Origin: Centroscyllium fabricii
Lineage: Eukaryota
Direction of reading: 5' to 3'
Length of the DNA stretch: 64,000 nt
Assembly (NCBI GenBank): GCA_051313645.2
Contig: JBNRSN020000005.1
Location: forward strand, 123,876,001 to 123,940,000
The translations under genes were made by a program, and so were the position numbers. The notes under the pieces are model-generated. The model searched no databases and had not been told where the DNA came from. It worked only from the letters and a program-made list of their open reading frames with translations. Below are positions 48,726-61,249 of the stretch, one piece after another; position 1 is the stretch's first letter, and every line of letters begins with the position of its first letter.

Positions 48726-49180
48726 TGGGGTTGATTTTAACTGCCAGCCTGTTTCTGGCGGGAAGCCACTGGGCTCAGTTAGTCTCTCACCCACCTGCAG
48801 CAGCAGCACAAGGCCACAGCGGTGTCACCGGTCCACTTCCCACCAAGAACGGGTGAAAATCGAACAGCCGACATGCAGGTAGGTGTGGGGAAGGGACTTC
48901 CCAGAGGGTCTTATGGCAGGGAATGGAGGGGGTAATTCCGGGGCAGGGGAGGCTAAAACTCCCTTGTGGGGCCTGGAGGAGCAATCTGGCTTAGCTTTCA
49001 GGACCTCTTCACATCCTGATCCTCCAGCCTGGCAGCAGTGATTTCCCCCCTCAGCCCCTAGTTAAAAAATGCTGCCGGGGTTCGATTGATGTCATCGGAC
49101 CCTGATTAGCATATTTAAAGATGCACCCTGCCGGCTTCAGATGGTTTTCACCCTGTCCTGTCCCACTGGTTGAAATTTAT
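48726..49180. mobile_element. Old MITE-like remnant
   Basis: Imperfect termini ggggttgattttaac...gttgaaatttatactc; GC-rich interior. Confidence 0.4.
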
Positions 49181-49295
49181 ACTCTTTCCCCCTCACAAAA
49201 ATACAAGAAAACCCACAGCGCAATTTCCCCCCACCCTACCCCCAAAATCAGGCACAGTGCATCCAGGCAGGTAAGTAAGCCAGGCTACAGCACCT

Positions 49296-52200
49296 TGTGG
49301 CGACACACCCACCAAAGACATCGAATCCGCCTCGGGAGTACTGCGGGGCACAGCCCCGCCCATCGGGTGACGTGATGACGTCACCGCGACTTCCGGCGTG
49401 ATGAGATCACCAACCGCAGGCGCTTTAAATAAGCCTGCTCCAGGTGGTTCAGTCTCTTTTCCACCTGGCCACGCAATGTAATAAAACAAGTGTTTTCTGT
49501 CCTTCTGGCTCCCGCGTGGTTCTTCAGGCCTGCATGCACTACAGTGGTGACCCCGAACTTGGAACATCTTCCAAGAGAAAAGAAAAGAAGCAGTTGCTGC
49601 AGGACTGAGGGCCAAGCTGCCTCAGAGCACTTCCACCAAACATGCCTTCAGGAAACCAAGCTTCTCGAACTCAAAGTCTTGGCCAGAACCCCGGGCACAG
49701 ATTAACTCTACCGGAGTTCTGGGAGCTACGCCCAGCAGCATGGTTCCTGTGTATCGAAACCAGCTGCCGCATCCATGACGTCCAGGGGGATGATCGCTAC
49801 GACCTGGTCTTCTCGGCCCTACCGCAGTCCACAGTCGATCAGATGTGGCTGACGTTACAGCGTGCAGCAGGCAGGTACGAATTCCTTAAGGCCGCGCTGC
49901 TTAAAAAATTCACCCCCTCCCAATTTGAGCGCGACTGCCAGCTCATCAACCTCCCCGAACTCGGGGACGCAGACCCATCGGACCTTTGGGCCCAAATGGA
50001 AGCGCTGAACTCAGACTCAGCCTCCCTCAAGCGCACCATGTTCCTCCTCAAACTGTCCCCCTCCATCAGACCGGCCCTGACGGCCCTCTGCCACCGGACA
50101 GGGGACCAGCTGGCTGAGGAGGCCGACAAGCTCATGATGGCCGAGCGCTCCCGCTCCGCTACGTGCGAGCTCTCTGCCACGGCAGCCGAGCCCCACTACG
50201 CACACCCCAGGTCCGACCCCAGGCCAACGCGACCCCGCAAAAGGCCGCGCACATCGGGCACCGGCTGGTGCTATTACCACATGCGGTTTGAGTCCAAAGC
50301 GCACCGCTGCGTCCAGCCCTGCACTTTCAAACCCCAGCCCGGCTCAAGCCCCACCATGTCTGTAGGCCACTCTGGAGCACTGCTCTACGCCACAGACAGC
50401 GGCACAGGCCTCCGGTTCCTCTGCGACACAGGCGCACAGCACAGCATTGTGCCAGCCTCCCCTGCAGAAGCCAAAAAAGGCACCCGGGGCCCGCCACTCG
50501 AAGCCGCAAACGGCTCAGAAATAAAGACGTACGGCACCCGCAAGCTCACCATCAAGCTCGCAGGCCACACGTACCACTGGGACTTTATCACCGCCCAGGT
50601 CAAACTACCCCTCCTCGGGGCAGATTTCCTCTGCGCCCACGGCCTCCTGGTCGACATGACCCGGTGCCGCCTGGTCGACATCCACAACATGTCGACCATC
50701 CCATGCTCCACAGGGCCGGCACACCAGGCCCACGCAGCGGCACACTGCCGAGCCCGGAACTCCGACACGTACGGCACGCTCCTCGCGGAGTTCCCAGCCC
50801 TCACCAACCCCACCTTCACAGCCCGCACGGCCAAACACGGGGTGGAGCATTTCATCACCACCACCGACCCTCCCGTCCATGCCCACGCCCGCAGGCTGGA
50901 CCCGGCCAAACTGGAGATCGCGCGTACCGAGTTCCGCACCATGGAACAACTCGGCATAATCCGCCGCTCCAACAGCCCCTGGGCCTCCCCCCTCCACATC
51001 GCCCCCAAGCCGGGCGGTGGTTGGCGCCCCTGCAGAGACTACCGCCGCCTCAACAACGCCACCACCCCAGACAGGTACCCCGTCCCCCACATCCAAGATT
51101 TCTCCGCCAGGCTAGCGGGCTGCACGATCTTCTCTCAGATCGACCTGGTACGGGGCTACCACCAGGTCCCGGTGCACCCGGCGGATGTCCCTAAGACAGC
51201 CGTCATCACCCCTTTCGGACTGTTCGAATTCCTCCGAATGCCCTTCGGACTTAAAAACGCGGCCCAGGCCTTCCAACGCCTCATGGACTCAGTCCTACGG
51301 GACTTGCAGTTCATGTTCGTCTACCTAGACTACATCCTCGTGGCCAGCAGCTCCCCCCATGAACACCTCCTGCACCTCAGGACCCTGTTCCAACGCCTGA
51401 CCGAACACGGTCTCATATTAAGCCCCTCTAAATGCCAATTTGGCCTCGAGACCATCGACTTCCTCGGCCACCGCATTTCCCAAACCGGGGCCATACCCCT
51501 GCCCTCCAAGGTGCAGGCGGTCCAGGAATTCCCCCACCCGCACTCCATCAAGGGGCTGCAGGAATTCCTAGGGATGGTTAATTTTTATAACCGCTTCATC
51601 CCAGGAGCAGCCGCTCTCATGGCACCCCTATACCAGGCCACACGCGGGCAGTCCGGCAAAACTGCGGTCGAGTGGACGGCCGAAGCCACCACCGCCTTCA
51701 CCGCAACCAAAACCGCCCTGGCCAACGCCACACTCCTAGCCCACCCTAGGCCCAACGCCAGAGTGGCCCTCACCACCGACGCCTCCGACCACGCGGTCGG
51801 AGCTGTCTTTGAGCAGTGGACCGGCAACTCCTGGCAATCCCTGGCCTTTTTCAGCCGGCAACTTCGGCCCCCAGAGGTTAAGTACAGCGCCTTCGATAGG
51901 GAGCTACTCGCTCTCTACCTCTCAGTGCACCACTTTCGCTTCCTCTTGGAGGGCCGCCATTTTACAGCCTTCGTCGATCACAAGCCACTCGTGTCCGCAA
52001 TGGCTAAGATCGCCGAACCCTGGTCGGCCAGGCAGCAGCGCCAGCTCGCGGCCGTGTCGTAATTTACCACCGACATACAGCACATCTCCGGCCGCGACAA
52101 CGTGGTTGCTGACTGCCTGTCACGTCCCACCATTAACGCCGTCCAAACGGCGGTCGACTACGCCAAACTGGCAACCGACCAACTGGCAGACCCAGACCTG

Positions 52201-53748
52201 CTCGACCCGGCTACCAACCTCCCCGGCCTGCGCTTGGCCAGCGTAGCACATGGGCCCGCAGCCACCGTAGTCTGCTGCGACGTCTCCTTACCGCAGCCCA
52301 GACCCGTCGTCCCCCACGCATGGAGGCGACACATTTTCGAGACCCTCCATGGCCTGTCCCACCCTGGCACCCGCGCGTCCATCAAGCTAATTTCGTCACG
52401 TTTCGTGTGGCGCGGCCTGCGCAAGGATGTCCGCGCCTGGACCGACGCCTGCACTGCCTGCCAGCGCGCCAAGGTGCACAAGCACATCAAGGCACCGCTG
52501 GAAACGTTCACCATGCCAGCTAGACGCTTCGACCACGTCCACATCGACCTGGTCGGACCACTACCGCCATCACGGGGCCACACACACGTCATGACCATGG
52601 TCGACCGCAGCACTCGCTGGCCAGAAGCGGTCCCCCTCGTTGCTACCAGCACCACGGACCTGGCCAGAGCTTTCATCACCACCTGGGTCGCTCATTTCGG
52701 CGTACCCACCGACATTACGTCGGACAGAGGCCCCCAATTCACGTCGACACTATGGGCGACCATCGCCCGCGACCTTGGGGTAACCCTACACCGAACCACC
52801 GCTTACCACCCACAGTCTAATGGACTCTGCGAACGGTTCCACCGCTCCATGAAAGCATCCCTACGGGCCAGTCTTAAGGACTCAACTTGGACAGACTGCC
52901 TGCCCTGGGTAATGCTCGGCCTACGCTCAGCGGCCAAAGAAGACCTGCACGCCTCAGCAGCGGAACTCGTCTACGGCCAAACACTAACGGTGCCAGGCGA
53001 GTTCCTCGCAGAGCCAAACGCTCCCTGGTCAGCTGACCAATACCTAAAGGACTTTACCAACCCGGCACGAGCGTTCAAGCCGCTACCGGTGGCCCGGCAC
53101 GGAGAGCCGGCAGCACGTGTACCGGACTGCATTAAAAACGCCAAGTATGTGTTTGTCCGGCACGACGCACATCGATCGCCACTACAGCCACCGTATGATG
53201 GACCCTACAGAGTGCTTCGGGCGGGAGCTAAAGCTTTCCAACTGCAAATGGGCAACAGGACTGAAACCGTTTCAATAGACCGGTTGAAACCGGCACACGT
53301 AATAGCGGGTGAGACAACAGTCCCCGCGCAACCACCGAAGCGCGGACGCCCTCCCGCACCAACACCCGCCCACACTCCACCGCAGAACAAGGAGCAGCGC
53401 ACGACACATGCCGGCCGCATCATCCGGCCACCACAACGCCTCTCATAAGACTCTTTTTTATTTTATTTTATTCTCCCGTACAGATTCTGGGGGGAAGCTA
53501 TATGGCGACACGCCCACCAAAGACATCGAATCCACCTCGGGAGTACTGCGGGGCACAGCCCCGCCCATCGGGTGATGTGATGACGTCACCGCGACTTCCG
53601 GCGTGATGAGATCACCAACCGCGGGCGCTTTAAATAAGCCTGCTCCAGGTGGTTCAGTCTCTTTTCCACCTGGCCACGCAATGTAATAAAACAAGTGTTT
53701 TCTGTCCTTCTGGCTCCCGCGTGGTTCTTCAGGCCTGCATGCACTACA
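49296..53748 (+). mobile_element. Full-length Gypsy LTR retrotransposon (CsRn1-like), element 3
   Basis: 248-bp LTRs 49296-49543 and 53501-53748 (5 differences; the 3' LTR starts TA); TSD acct; PBS tggtgaccccga at 49545; PPT ggggggaag. Confidence 0.97.
49642..53448 (+). pseudogene. Single-frame gag-pol with one premature TAA at 52060-52062
   Basis: [18 protein letters not shown]; LCDTGAQ; RT YLDY (catalytic D>Y); TAA where element 1 has GAA; IN D,D,E residues intact; the two ORFs share one frame. Confidence 0.93.
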
Positions 53749-53830
53749 ACCTCATCTTTCGCTTAGGCACTCTACAGCCCTCTAGACTAAACATAGAGTT
53801 CAACAATTTTAGATCATAACCTCGGGCCCG
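53749..53830 (+). mobile_element. Penelope GIY-YIG C-terminal fragment (target site of element 3)
   Basis: cagc|acct|catctttcgcttaggcactctacagccc... = QHLIFRLGTLQPSRLNIEFNNFRS*. Confidence 0.8.
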
Positions 53831-54717
53831 ATCACATTTTTATATATATATATATAAAATCCCCCATGTCTTATTATTGTATCAATTAAGTAAAATAATC
53901 GGATCACAATGGCACCCATACATAATGGGCATTGCCAGGCAATGAGCTGTACGATAAAGTAAGTTTAAAAGGCTTAGTAAGATTTATTCAGCACTATAAA
54001 AGCCATTTCTATAACAATTTTCTTCATTTAAAAAAATATATTTTTCTGCTTCTACTTTTATAATTCCTCTGCTTCCCCCCCCCCACCCTTCCAGCTTCAG
54101 CAGAGCTACCAATGGGAATTCTCCATCTCCGTTTTTTGAACAAAGAAGAAAAGCAACAGAGGGAGCTAGGGTCAACTTTGAGCCCACCTGCCAGCACCCA
54201 CACACCCATATCTACCAGCAGAGGAGGACATACCTTGCTTTGTGCTCCAGGGGTTCTGACTACCAAGGGAGGTTATGACAGAGGAAATAATGGCACAGAT
54301 ACAATAAGTGAAAGCTTGACTAACTGCAATGCTTGATGGCTCTTTGGAAGCACCCTAATCACAGTAGGTCATGTGTTCAGTGCCAGTACATGAAAGAAGA
54401 CATGCCAGGGTGATAACCACTCATTATAGCCTGTGGCTGTACCCGCCAACACATCAGCAGTCATATGCACAGGTATTGTCGCACCTACCTGATAATGAGA
54501 ATGGGTAGCTGACTTCACAGGGTCCAGGTTTGCAGAGCTGTGCCATCTGCTCTAAGGACACATTCACCATCAGGCTAGCACAAACAGTGGCGGTACCACA
54601 CAACTGCAGCTCCAAGCCTAGGCATACTGCAATAATGATCTGGAAATGGTACCGTGGAGTGGTAAACAGGGCTACTCTGCTTGCAACTACCTCCATTCCG
54701 CAGCCATGAAAAAGGTA

Positions 54718-55203
54718 TGATGTGGAGGTGCCGGTGTTGGACAAATGCAAGAAGTCACACAACACCAGGTTATAGTCCAACAGTTTTATTTTAAATCACA
54801 AGCTTTCGGAGCATCTGCCCTTTTGTCAGGCGAAAGAGAAGCTGACTTAAAGAACGCACATATGGAAGGGAGAGAGAAATCTGATCTCCCACATCTCACC
54901 TTAGCAGAGATAGACAGAGCACACAAAGGCGTATTAACATATTTTAATATTTTGCAGCACTTGACCCCTTGTGACTGTGCCTCATTGATCTCAGACAGAT
55001 ATGTTAAACTATGTTAATACGCCTTTGTGTGCTCTGTCTATCTCTGCTAAGGTGAGATGTGGGAGATCAGATTTCTCTCTCCCTTCCATATGTGTGTTCT
55101 TTAAGTCAGCTTCTCTTTCGCCTGACGAAGGGGCAGACGCTCCGAAAGCTTGTGATTTAAAATAAAACTGTTGGACTATAACCTGGTGTTGTGTGACTTC
55201 TTG
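54718..55203. mobile_element. Penelope-derived fold-back palindrome (family A); hammerhead motif at 55118-55155(+)
   Basis: ~195-bp inverted arms around a ~70-bp spacer; 13-bp TSD catgaaaaaggta at 54705-54717 / 55204-55216. Confidence 0.87.
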
Positions 55204-55259
55204 CATGAAAAAGGTAGTTGGATGCTGAGCTGCTCTATCACTTGTCTGGAAACTCATAC

Positions 55260-55445
55260 CTGCGCACTGGATTTACTGTCTCTTCATCTTTGACTCTCAC
55301 TTCTTTGCCCTCTCTTCCTTCAGGTCGAGAAAAGATTGGCATTTGGCGGAGATGCTTTTTAAGCTTTGCCAAGGCTCCAAGAATTTCCATCTTCTTATTC
55401 TGCCTTCGCCACTAGTGTGCTCTCTGAACCCACCCAAATCTGAAC
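55260..55445 (-). pseudogene. Candidate exon, phase 2>2: FRFGWVQRAH*WRRQNKKMEILGALAKLKKHLRQMPIFSRPEGREGKEVRVKDEETVNPVR
   Basis: Acceptor ctacag, donor CAG|gtatga; 186 bp; one TAG at 55412-55414; phase matches the 57807 exon. Confidence 0.5.
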
Positions 55446-55656
55446 CTGTAGCTGTCAATAATTATGCAAATGTAATTCCCCAAAGAATTGGCTGCTATCA
55501 GAACATTACCATTCTGTTGAGAATCACATCAATTAGAACTGACTTACACCAGTACATGAAAACTAGCCATCTTTTTCGTAAAAGCACTAGCAAATCATAA
55601 TTATAGAAACACATTTTGGATGAATTCTGGATGTCCTGCTTATGTCATTCTGCATA

Positions 55657-56050
55657 GGGCGGCACGGTGGCACAGTGGTTAGCACTGTTGTCTCACAGCA
55701 CTGGAGACCCGGGTTCAAATCCAACCTCAGCTACTACCTGTGTGGAGTTTGCACATTCTCCCTGTGTCTGTGTGGGTTTCCTCCAGGTGCTCCGGTTTCC
55801 TCCCACAGTCCAAAGATGTGCGGGTTAGGTTGATTGGCCATGATAAATTGACCCTTAGTGTTAGGGGGATTAAATATGTGGGGTTACGGGGATAGGGTGG
55901 GATATGTGTTGATGCAGGCTCGATAGGGATCGAGGGATATGGGGAGAGGGCAGGGGCGGGGTGCTGGGTTTGGATGATCAGCCATGATCTCATTGAATGG
56001 CGGAGCAGGCTCGAAGGGCCGAATGGCCTACTCCTGCTCCTAGTTTCTAT
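55657..56050 (+). mobile_element. V-SINE (HE1-like) with long CR1 tail, full length
   Basis: Near-identical to 10556-10940; tatgtcattc on both flanks. Confidence 0.92.
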
Positions 56051-56454
56051 GTCATTCATACTTTCCTCACATTCAGTTCTGAAGCAGAAGTGAATGTAAG
56101 AAGCATAGGAGATTAATGTAACATTGAACAGGTTGATATGCTGACAGAAGTGCAGACAGAGATTGTTCAAAAAGGTGCACAAAAGAGGATTGTCCATAAA
56201 CATAAGGATCCAGCAGAATAAAGCAGTTGTCTGCCCACTCCCATGGAAAGATGGGCAGCAACAACGATTTGTCATTGCATTTAAAATAATGTTGGACCTC
56301 TTAAATATGACAACTTTAAATTTCTTGGATGGTTTCATTAATTTTAAACTTGGGATATTTAATTCTACATTAACACTCGTTTCAGCAAGACTAAGCTCTC
56401 AGAGATAGGGATTATGAAAGGATTGGCTCCTGATTATCAGACTATCCTAGTCTA

Positions 56455-56697
56455 TTGAGGAAAACTTTTTCACCCAGAGGGTGGTTGGAATCTGGAACTC
56501 ACTGCCTGAAAGGGTGGTAGAGGCAGGAACCCTCACAACATGCAAGAAGCATTTAGATGAGCACTTGAAACGCCATAGCATACAAGGCTACGGACCAAGT
56601 GCTGGAAAATGGGATTAGAATAGACAGGGCTTGATGGCCGGCACGGATGCGATGGGCCGCAAGGGCCTCTTTCTGTGCTGTAAAACTCTATGACTAT
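56455..56697 (+). mobile_element. CR1 LINE 3' end (different subfamily)
   Basis: ttttcacccagagggtggttggaatctggaactcactgcctg...ctgtaaaactctatgactatg. Confidence 0.85.
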
Positions 56698-57806
56698 GCC
56701 TATTGGCCTTGCTGATTGAAGCACCCCTAACTTGCAAATGTCCATGCCTTCATTGGAAAAGGTAGATTTAATCTCAGACCCAATGGTGTTTAGTGTATTT
56801 GGACTATAGGATTACTAGCATAGACAGAATAATGTTTTCCATCTTTTTTCAGGAGCAGACTGATTGGTGTATATCTGCAAACAGATGAGCCAGCTGATTA
56901 ATGTTCTAACAGTTTCTTTACCAAATACAGGTGAAGACAAGTCACAGATATGTGGGTTTTAAAACTCCCAAGAGTAGCTCTTAGCCAAAAGGAACAGGAT
57001 GAAGAAAAAGATCACCTTTGGAAGGCTAAGATCTGAAACTCAAAAGATCAAGACTCAATACAAAGATTAGCTTGGGACTGACAGAATGAAAGCAAGACCA
57101 ATCAACAAACTCCATAAAGATCTAGTCATATGATCCATTAATGGGGACTCTTGCAAATGTCCTGTTTGAGAAGTAAATCCTTTGAATTAAGACAAGTAGT
57201 CAGAACCAGGTCACCCACAATGCAGAGAAGTAAAAAGGTATGGCACAGGACCTGGCCGTACAAGAATATGGTCTCCAGGGAGTCCACTGCCAATAATATA
57301 TTTTTCAATGATAATGAGGTCCCATTAAGAAATTCAGTGAAAATCTTGAATGCTATGGACATACCCAAAGATCATTATTGCCCCCACAGCAGAGAGTGAC
57401 TTTCCACCTTGACCAAAAGGCAATTCAAGTTCATCTTGTCTAGAAAGTTATTCCTAAGGACATTCACCTGCATAATTGTCAAGGAACCCATTATGAACAG
57501 ATATCTCCCATCTCTAAAGGAGAGAAACCCTCCACTTCATCAAAGGATAAACAAACTGGATTTCATTCTGGCCTGATACAAATGATGCTCAGACTTCAGG
57601 GAACGAACGACAAAAAGGCATCATCAAACCTTCGCTATAACAGAATCTAAATTGCGGACACCCAAGATAGAAAACAGGATATAGAAGTGAACAATTCTGT
57701 GGGGTAGATTCTCAACTTACCGCACAGATGTTGCGGATCGGCCGCCCGTTATTGAAACCATCTGATTGGACTGAAAATTTCTATTCCAGTAAATGAGCGG
57801 ACTTAC

Positions 57807-57990
57807 CTTCTCGACCTTGATATTGGTACAGGAGTTAATAGTCCAATGGTTTCCTCCTGTAAGTCGTTTCTCAATGTTACTTTGTCAAAGTCTCCTGCTA
57901 TCTCTAGACTGAGAAGACTGGAAACATGATCAAGAGGTAGACGAACTGAGGTAAACAATTTGATGGCCTCTTCTTGATTGTACAGAGGCT
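57807..57990 (-). pseudogene. Candidate exon, phase 1>2: EPLYNQEEAIKLFTSVRLPLDHVSSLLSLEIAGDFDKVTLRNDLQEETIGLLTPVPISRSRR
   Basis: Acceptor tgttctaaacacag, consensus donor AAG|gtaagt; 184 bp fully open; protein-like composition. Confidence 0.6.
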
Positions 57991-58797
57991 CTGTGTTTAG
58001 AACACAGTAAATCAATACACAAGAAAAATCTCTAGCATTCAGGATAATCTTTTTTTGAAGTTGTGTGCCTTTAGCAAATCAGCAAATTTTTAGCTGTTTC
58101 AGCAGTAAACCATACATGTGTCTGACCCACAATAAATAGAACTCTGCAGTAAGCTAGAACTAGGGTCTTAGTGCTAAGGCAACTTCTGCAGAGAGAAGGT
58201 CAAAAGTCAACTTGAATGCTAGTCAACTTACTAGTTTTGATAAGTTAAAGGGGCCCAACTCACATGTATCAATTTCTACTGAGCTATGCATATTACTAAA
58301 TCGAAGTCACCAAGTTTGGACTAATCTAAGAAAGATAAGGAATGGCACAACAAGGGCATTCACCTTTACAGCAGCAATTTACCCGCTGACTGACATATCC
58401 TAGCACTTTAGTATTGTAATATTAAATGCACAAGCCAATATTAAAACACCTGAAGATATCTGGTGTATAAACGTAAAATGATAAAATGTATACATCAAAT
58501 TAATCAGAAAGATGGATTAAGTATTTATGCTTCTTAAATTTTCTTCTCTAGCAAGTGAAGCATTGCGTCATCCAGCACTTAAACACCTCACACAGCACAA
58601 TATGTCAGAAGTCATTCACTTTTGAGAAATATGGTCCGATTGTTTCCGAAAAATAAATACAGTTCAGTTCACCGTATTGTTTTGTTTCTTGTTTCTAAGA
58701 AATTGCACTCAGGGCAAACAGGTATCTGAATTTATTAGGCAATAAAGTGCCCAAGGACTGACTGTACAAGGTAATAAAAGTTCATTTCAATGCATAC

Positions 58798-59526
58798 CTT
58801 TTCTATCTAGGACCTGATATTATACATCATACAGTCTCCTGGAGGTCATATCTCCATTAGTAAGCTGGAGAAGGTGGGGCATAGAATGTGCCATGGTGAT
58901 CAAAGTTAATGATGTTGGGTGGTAATAGTGTCATATTTTTGGAATCTCTCCAATATTGTTTATGTTTAACTTTTTGAATAAACTTTTTACCAAAGATAAA
59001 GTGAGCAGTTCCTTAATACAAATCAATCTCTTCATTTTGAAATGGGAGCCAAAAGAGTAAGACGTGAAGCTAGAATTGAATCGGTAACCCTGATATACAA
59101 GTAAGCTTACTAACCCTTGAAGGAACCCATCTGCTGTCATTTGTAGTTCTATTGTTTAGACCTTGATCCAAACTGAATTGTAACTTAGAGAACCCATTAT
59201 TTCCTATCTAGAACATGAGTATTGAGAGTTTTGACATTTAAAAAAATTTGAGTGGGGCTGATACAGAAATGAAATATTTATCTCAATGAGATCCTTGTAA
59301 ATAATCCTCTCTCTGTTCTGGTATAATAAATTCAGTATCTCTTTATATGGAAGAAAATAAACCATTTTCCCATCAACCACACTCCTTCCAGTAGAACATG
59401 CACAATTTGCACTTCCTGGCCCCAATTTATTTGAATAATCAACTTTCACCACAAATAGAACACGTTCACTGTACCAAGGCCACACAATTCTTCTATATCT
59501 TTATGATTACGTGATTTTCTGGGAGA
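58798..59526 (-). pseudogene. Candidate 729-bp exon, phase 1>1, single frame with 6 stops
   Basis: Acceptor gtgtatacag, donor AAG|gtatgc; ORFs 59204-59485 and 58931-59140 share one frame (..IVWPWYSERVLFVVKVDY...MTADGFLQGLVSLLVYQG...YQVLDRK). Confidence 0.5.
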
Positions 59527-59704
59527 CTGTATACACATTTCATCATATAAGCTGAGGGTGTCTATTAAAATTCCTGAAATTGCTAATCTTATTCATCATT
59601 CTCTCAACTGCCTGCCTATTAATGTAATGTGTGAGTCTATTAGAAGACCTTACAGGACCTTACAGGACCACCGCTTCTTCCTCCCCCCCCCCCCCCCCAT
59701 CGCA

Positions 59705-60110
59705 GTGGATAAATGCAGAATGTGGTGTGGTACTCAGGCATACAGGCCAGGAAGGATCCCAGGTCCAAGCCTTATTCTGTGCTGAACTAGTTGATCTCAG
59801 CCGGGTTAGAGGTGGGGCACTATGATTGGTCTGGGCACACCAGGCTGGGGAGGAGGTGAGAAATTCATCCAGGATTTCTACTCCTGATCGCTATCCAGCG
59901 ACCCCGACCATCATGGTGGCATAAGCGGTGCTTGGATGAGGACAGGATCAGGCTTAGCTGTGATGCTTTCCACAGTCAAAGAGCCTACCAGCACTCACTG
60001 TCTAGGCTCACACATGAAGAATGGCCGCATAGATGATGTACTGCAGGGCTGCCGGCGCTCATGGATCCGTATCCCAATATGAGTCACTGCCTTCAGGAGA
60101 TGAGGGGAAA
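59705..60110 (+). mobile_element. Old SINE-like interspersed repeat, best-preserved copy
   Basis: ctgtgctgaactagttgatctcagcc...gatgaggacaggatcaggcttagctgtgatgc...actcactgtctaggctcacacatgaagaatggcc; at least 4 other diverged copies in the window. Confidence 0.65.
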
Positions 60111-61249
60111 GGAGAGACAAATTGAAAGAAAGAGAGAGGTTAAAAAGAGCTTTACACTACTTTCAGGTAAATATGAATTGAGTTTAAAAATCAACACATC
60201 CTAAAAACAGCAAAGATAGACATGATAGAACTGCAAGGAAACAGAAACACCAATTGTACATGGAAATCATCAAGATTTCGGACTAAAATGGCAGTCACAA
60301 AAATTAGCAACAGTAATCGACATCACAAACGTTTAGAATCTCAACCCTCTCCCCACCCACCCCACCCCCATCCTTTAACGGTTTTACACTTTTAACGTAT
60401 AAAGTACCCAGGATAGGCCAGCAGCACTCATCACCGAACCTAATTTGCTTCGGAACAAATTAGACTGTATTGTGCCACTAAGCCCGCAAACTTACATGTC
60501 ATTTAAACACTTTATAAAATGCAACTTCGTTGAGTCTCAAAGCATACCAGCAAAACAGCACCATAATCAAGCTTAAATAAACCTTAAAACAAATATGCAA
60601 AATGCAAATCATATACAAGTATCATGCTACAATTTCGTTGTGATCCAAGATCCACGCGTTGTAAGAACATATGCATAATAGAAGCTCTATTTACAATTTG
60701 TAGCCATGCCATTCTCCAATGCAGTATTAATGCTTTGAGAATATTTATGTAAAGTAAAAGCACAGTACTTTATATCAAACAACATTTTGAAAAAGCTATT
60801 TAGAAAATGTTGTTGAGTAAAGGAAGGTTTGTAGTCAGTCACAATTCTCCAATTTTATCTAGGTCAAATAAACAGCAGAATCACAGTGTTGTTATGGATA
60901 GATTGAAAATGATTTTTTTCCCCCAAGTCTAGGTTGTAGTATAATTTACACAATTTAGTTCACTTTTTTTTTAACGAAATGCTCACAATGCAGGGAGATT
61001 TCCTCTGTGCACTGCATCCATTGAACTTATAAACCCATTTATAAAGAGACTGGTTTCCAATTTTGCTACACAGATAGAACCTTCCTCAATTTCTGCATAG
61101 GTCACAAATTAATGAGAAAAATTAGTTTAAAAATACGCAACATAATTTGAAATAGTCTTAAAATTAGATAAATATTTTTTAAATATGTTGTTCTGAAATT
61201 ACCTATATGATTTATGTGCTGTTAGCTGATGAATTCCACATCATTTTAC

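Noticed and set aside
56930-57690. A-rich plus-strand segment resembling decayed coding or LINE sequence
   Set aside because: Many stops in the frames examined and no diagnostic motif; cannot be classified by eye.
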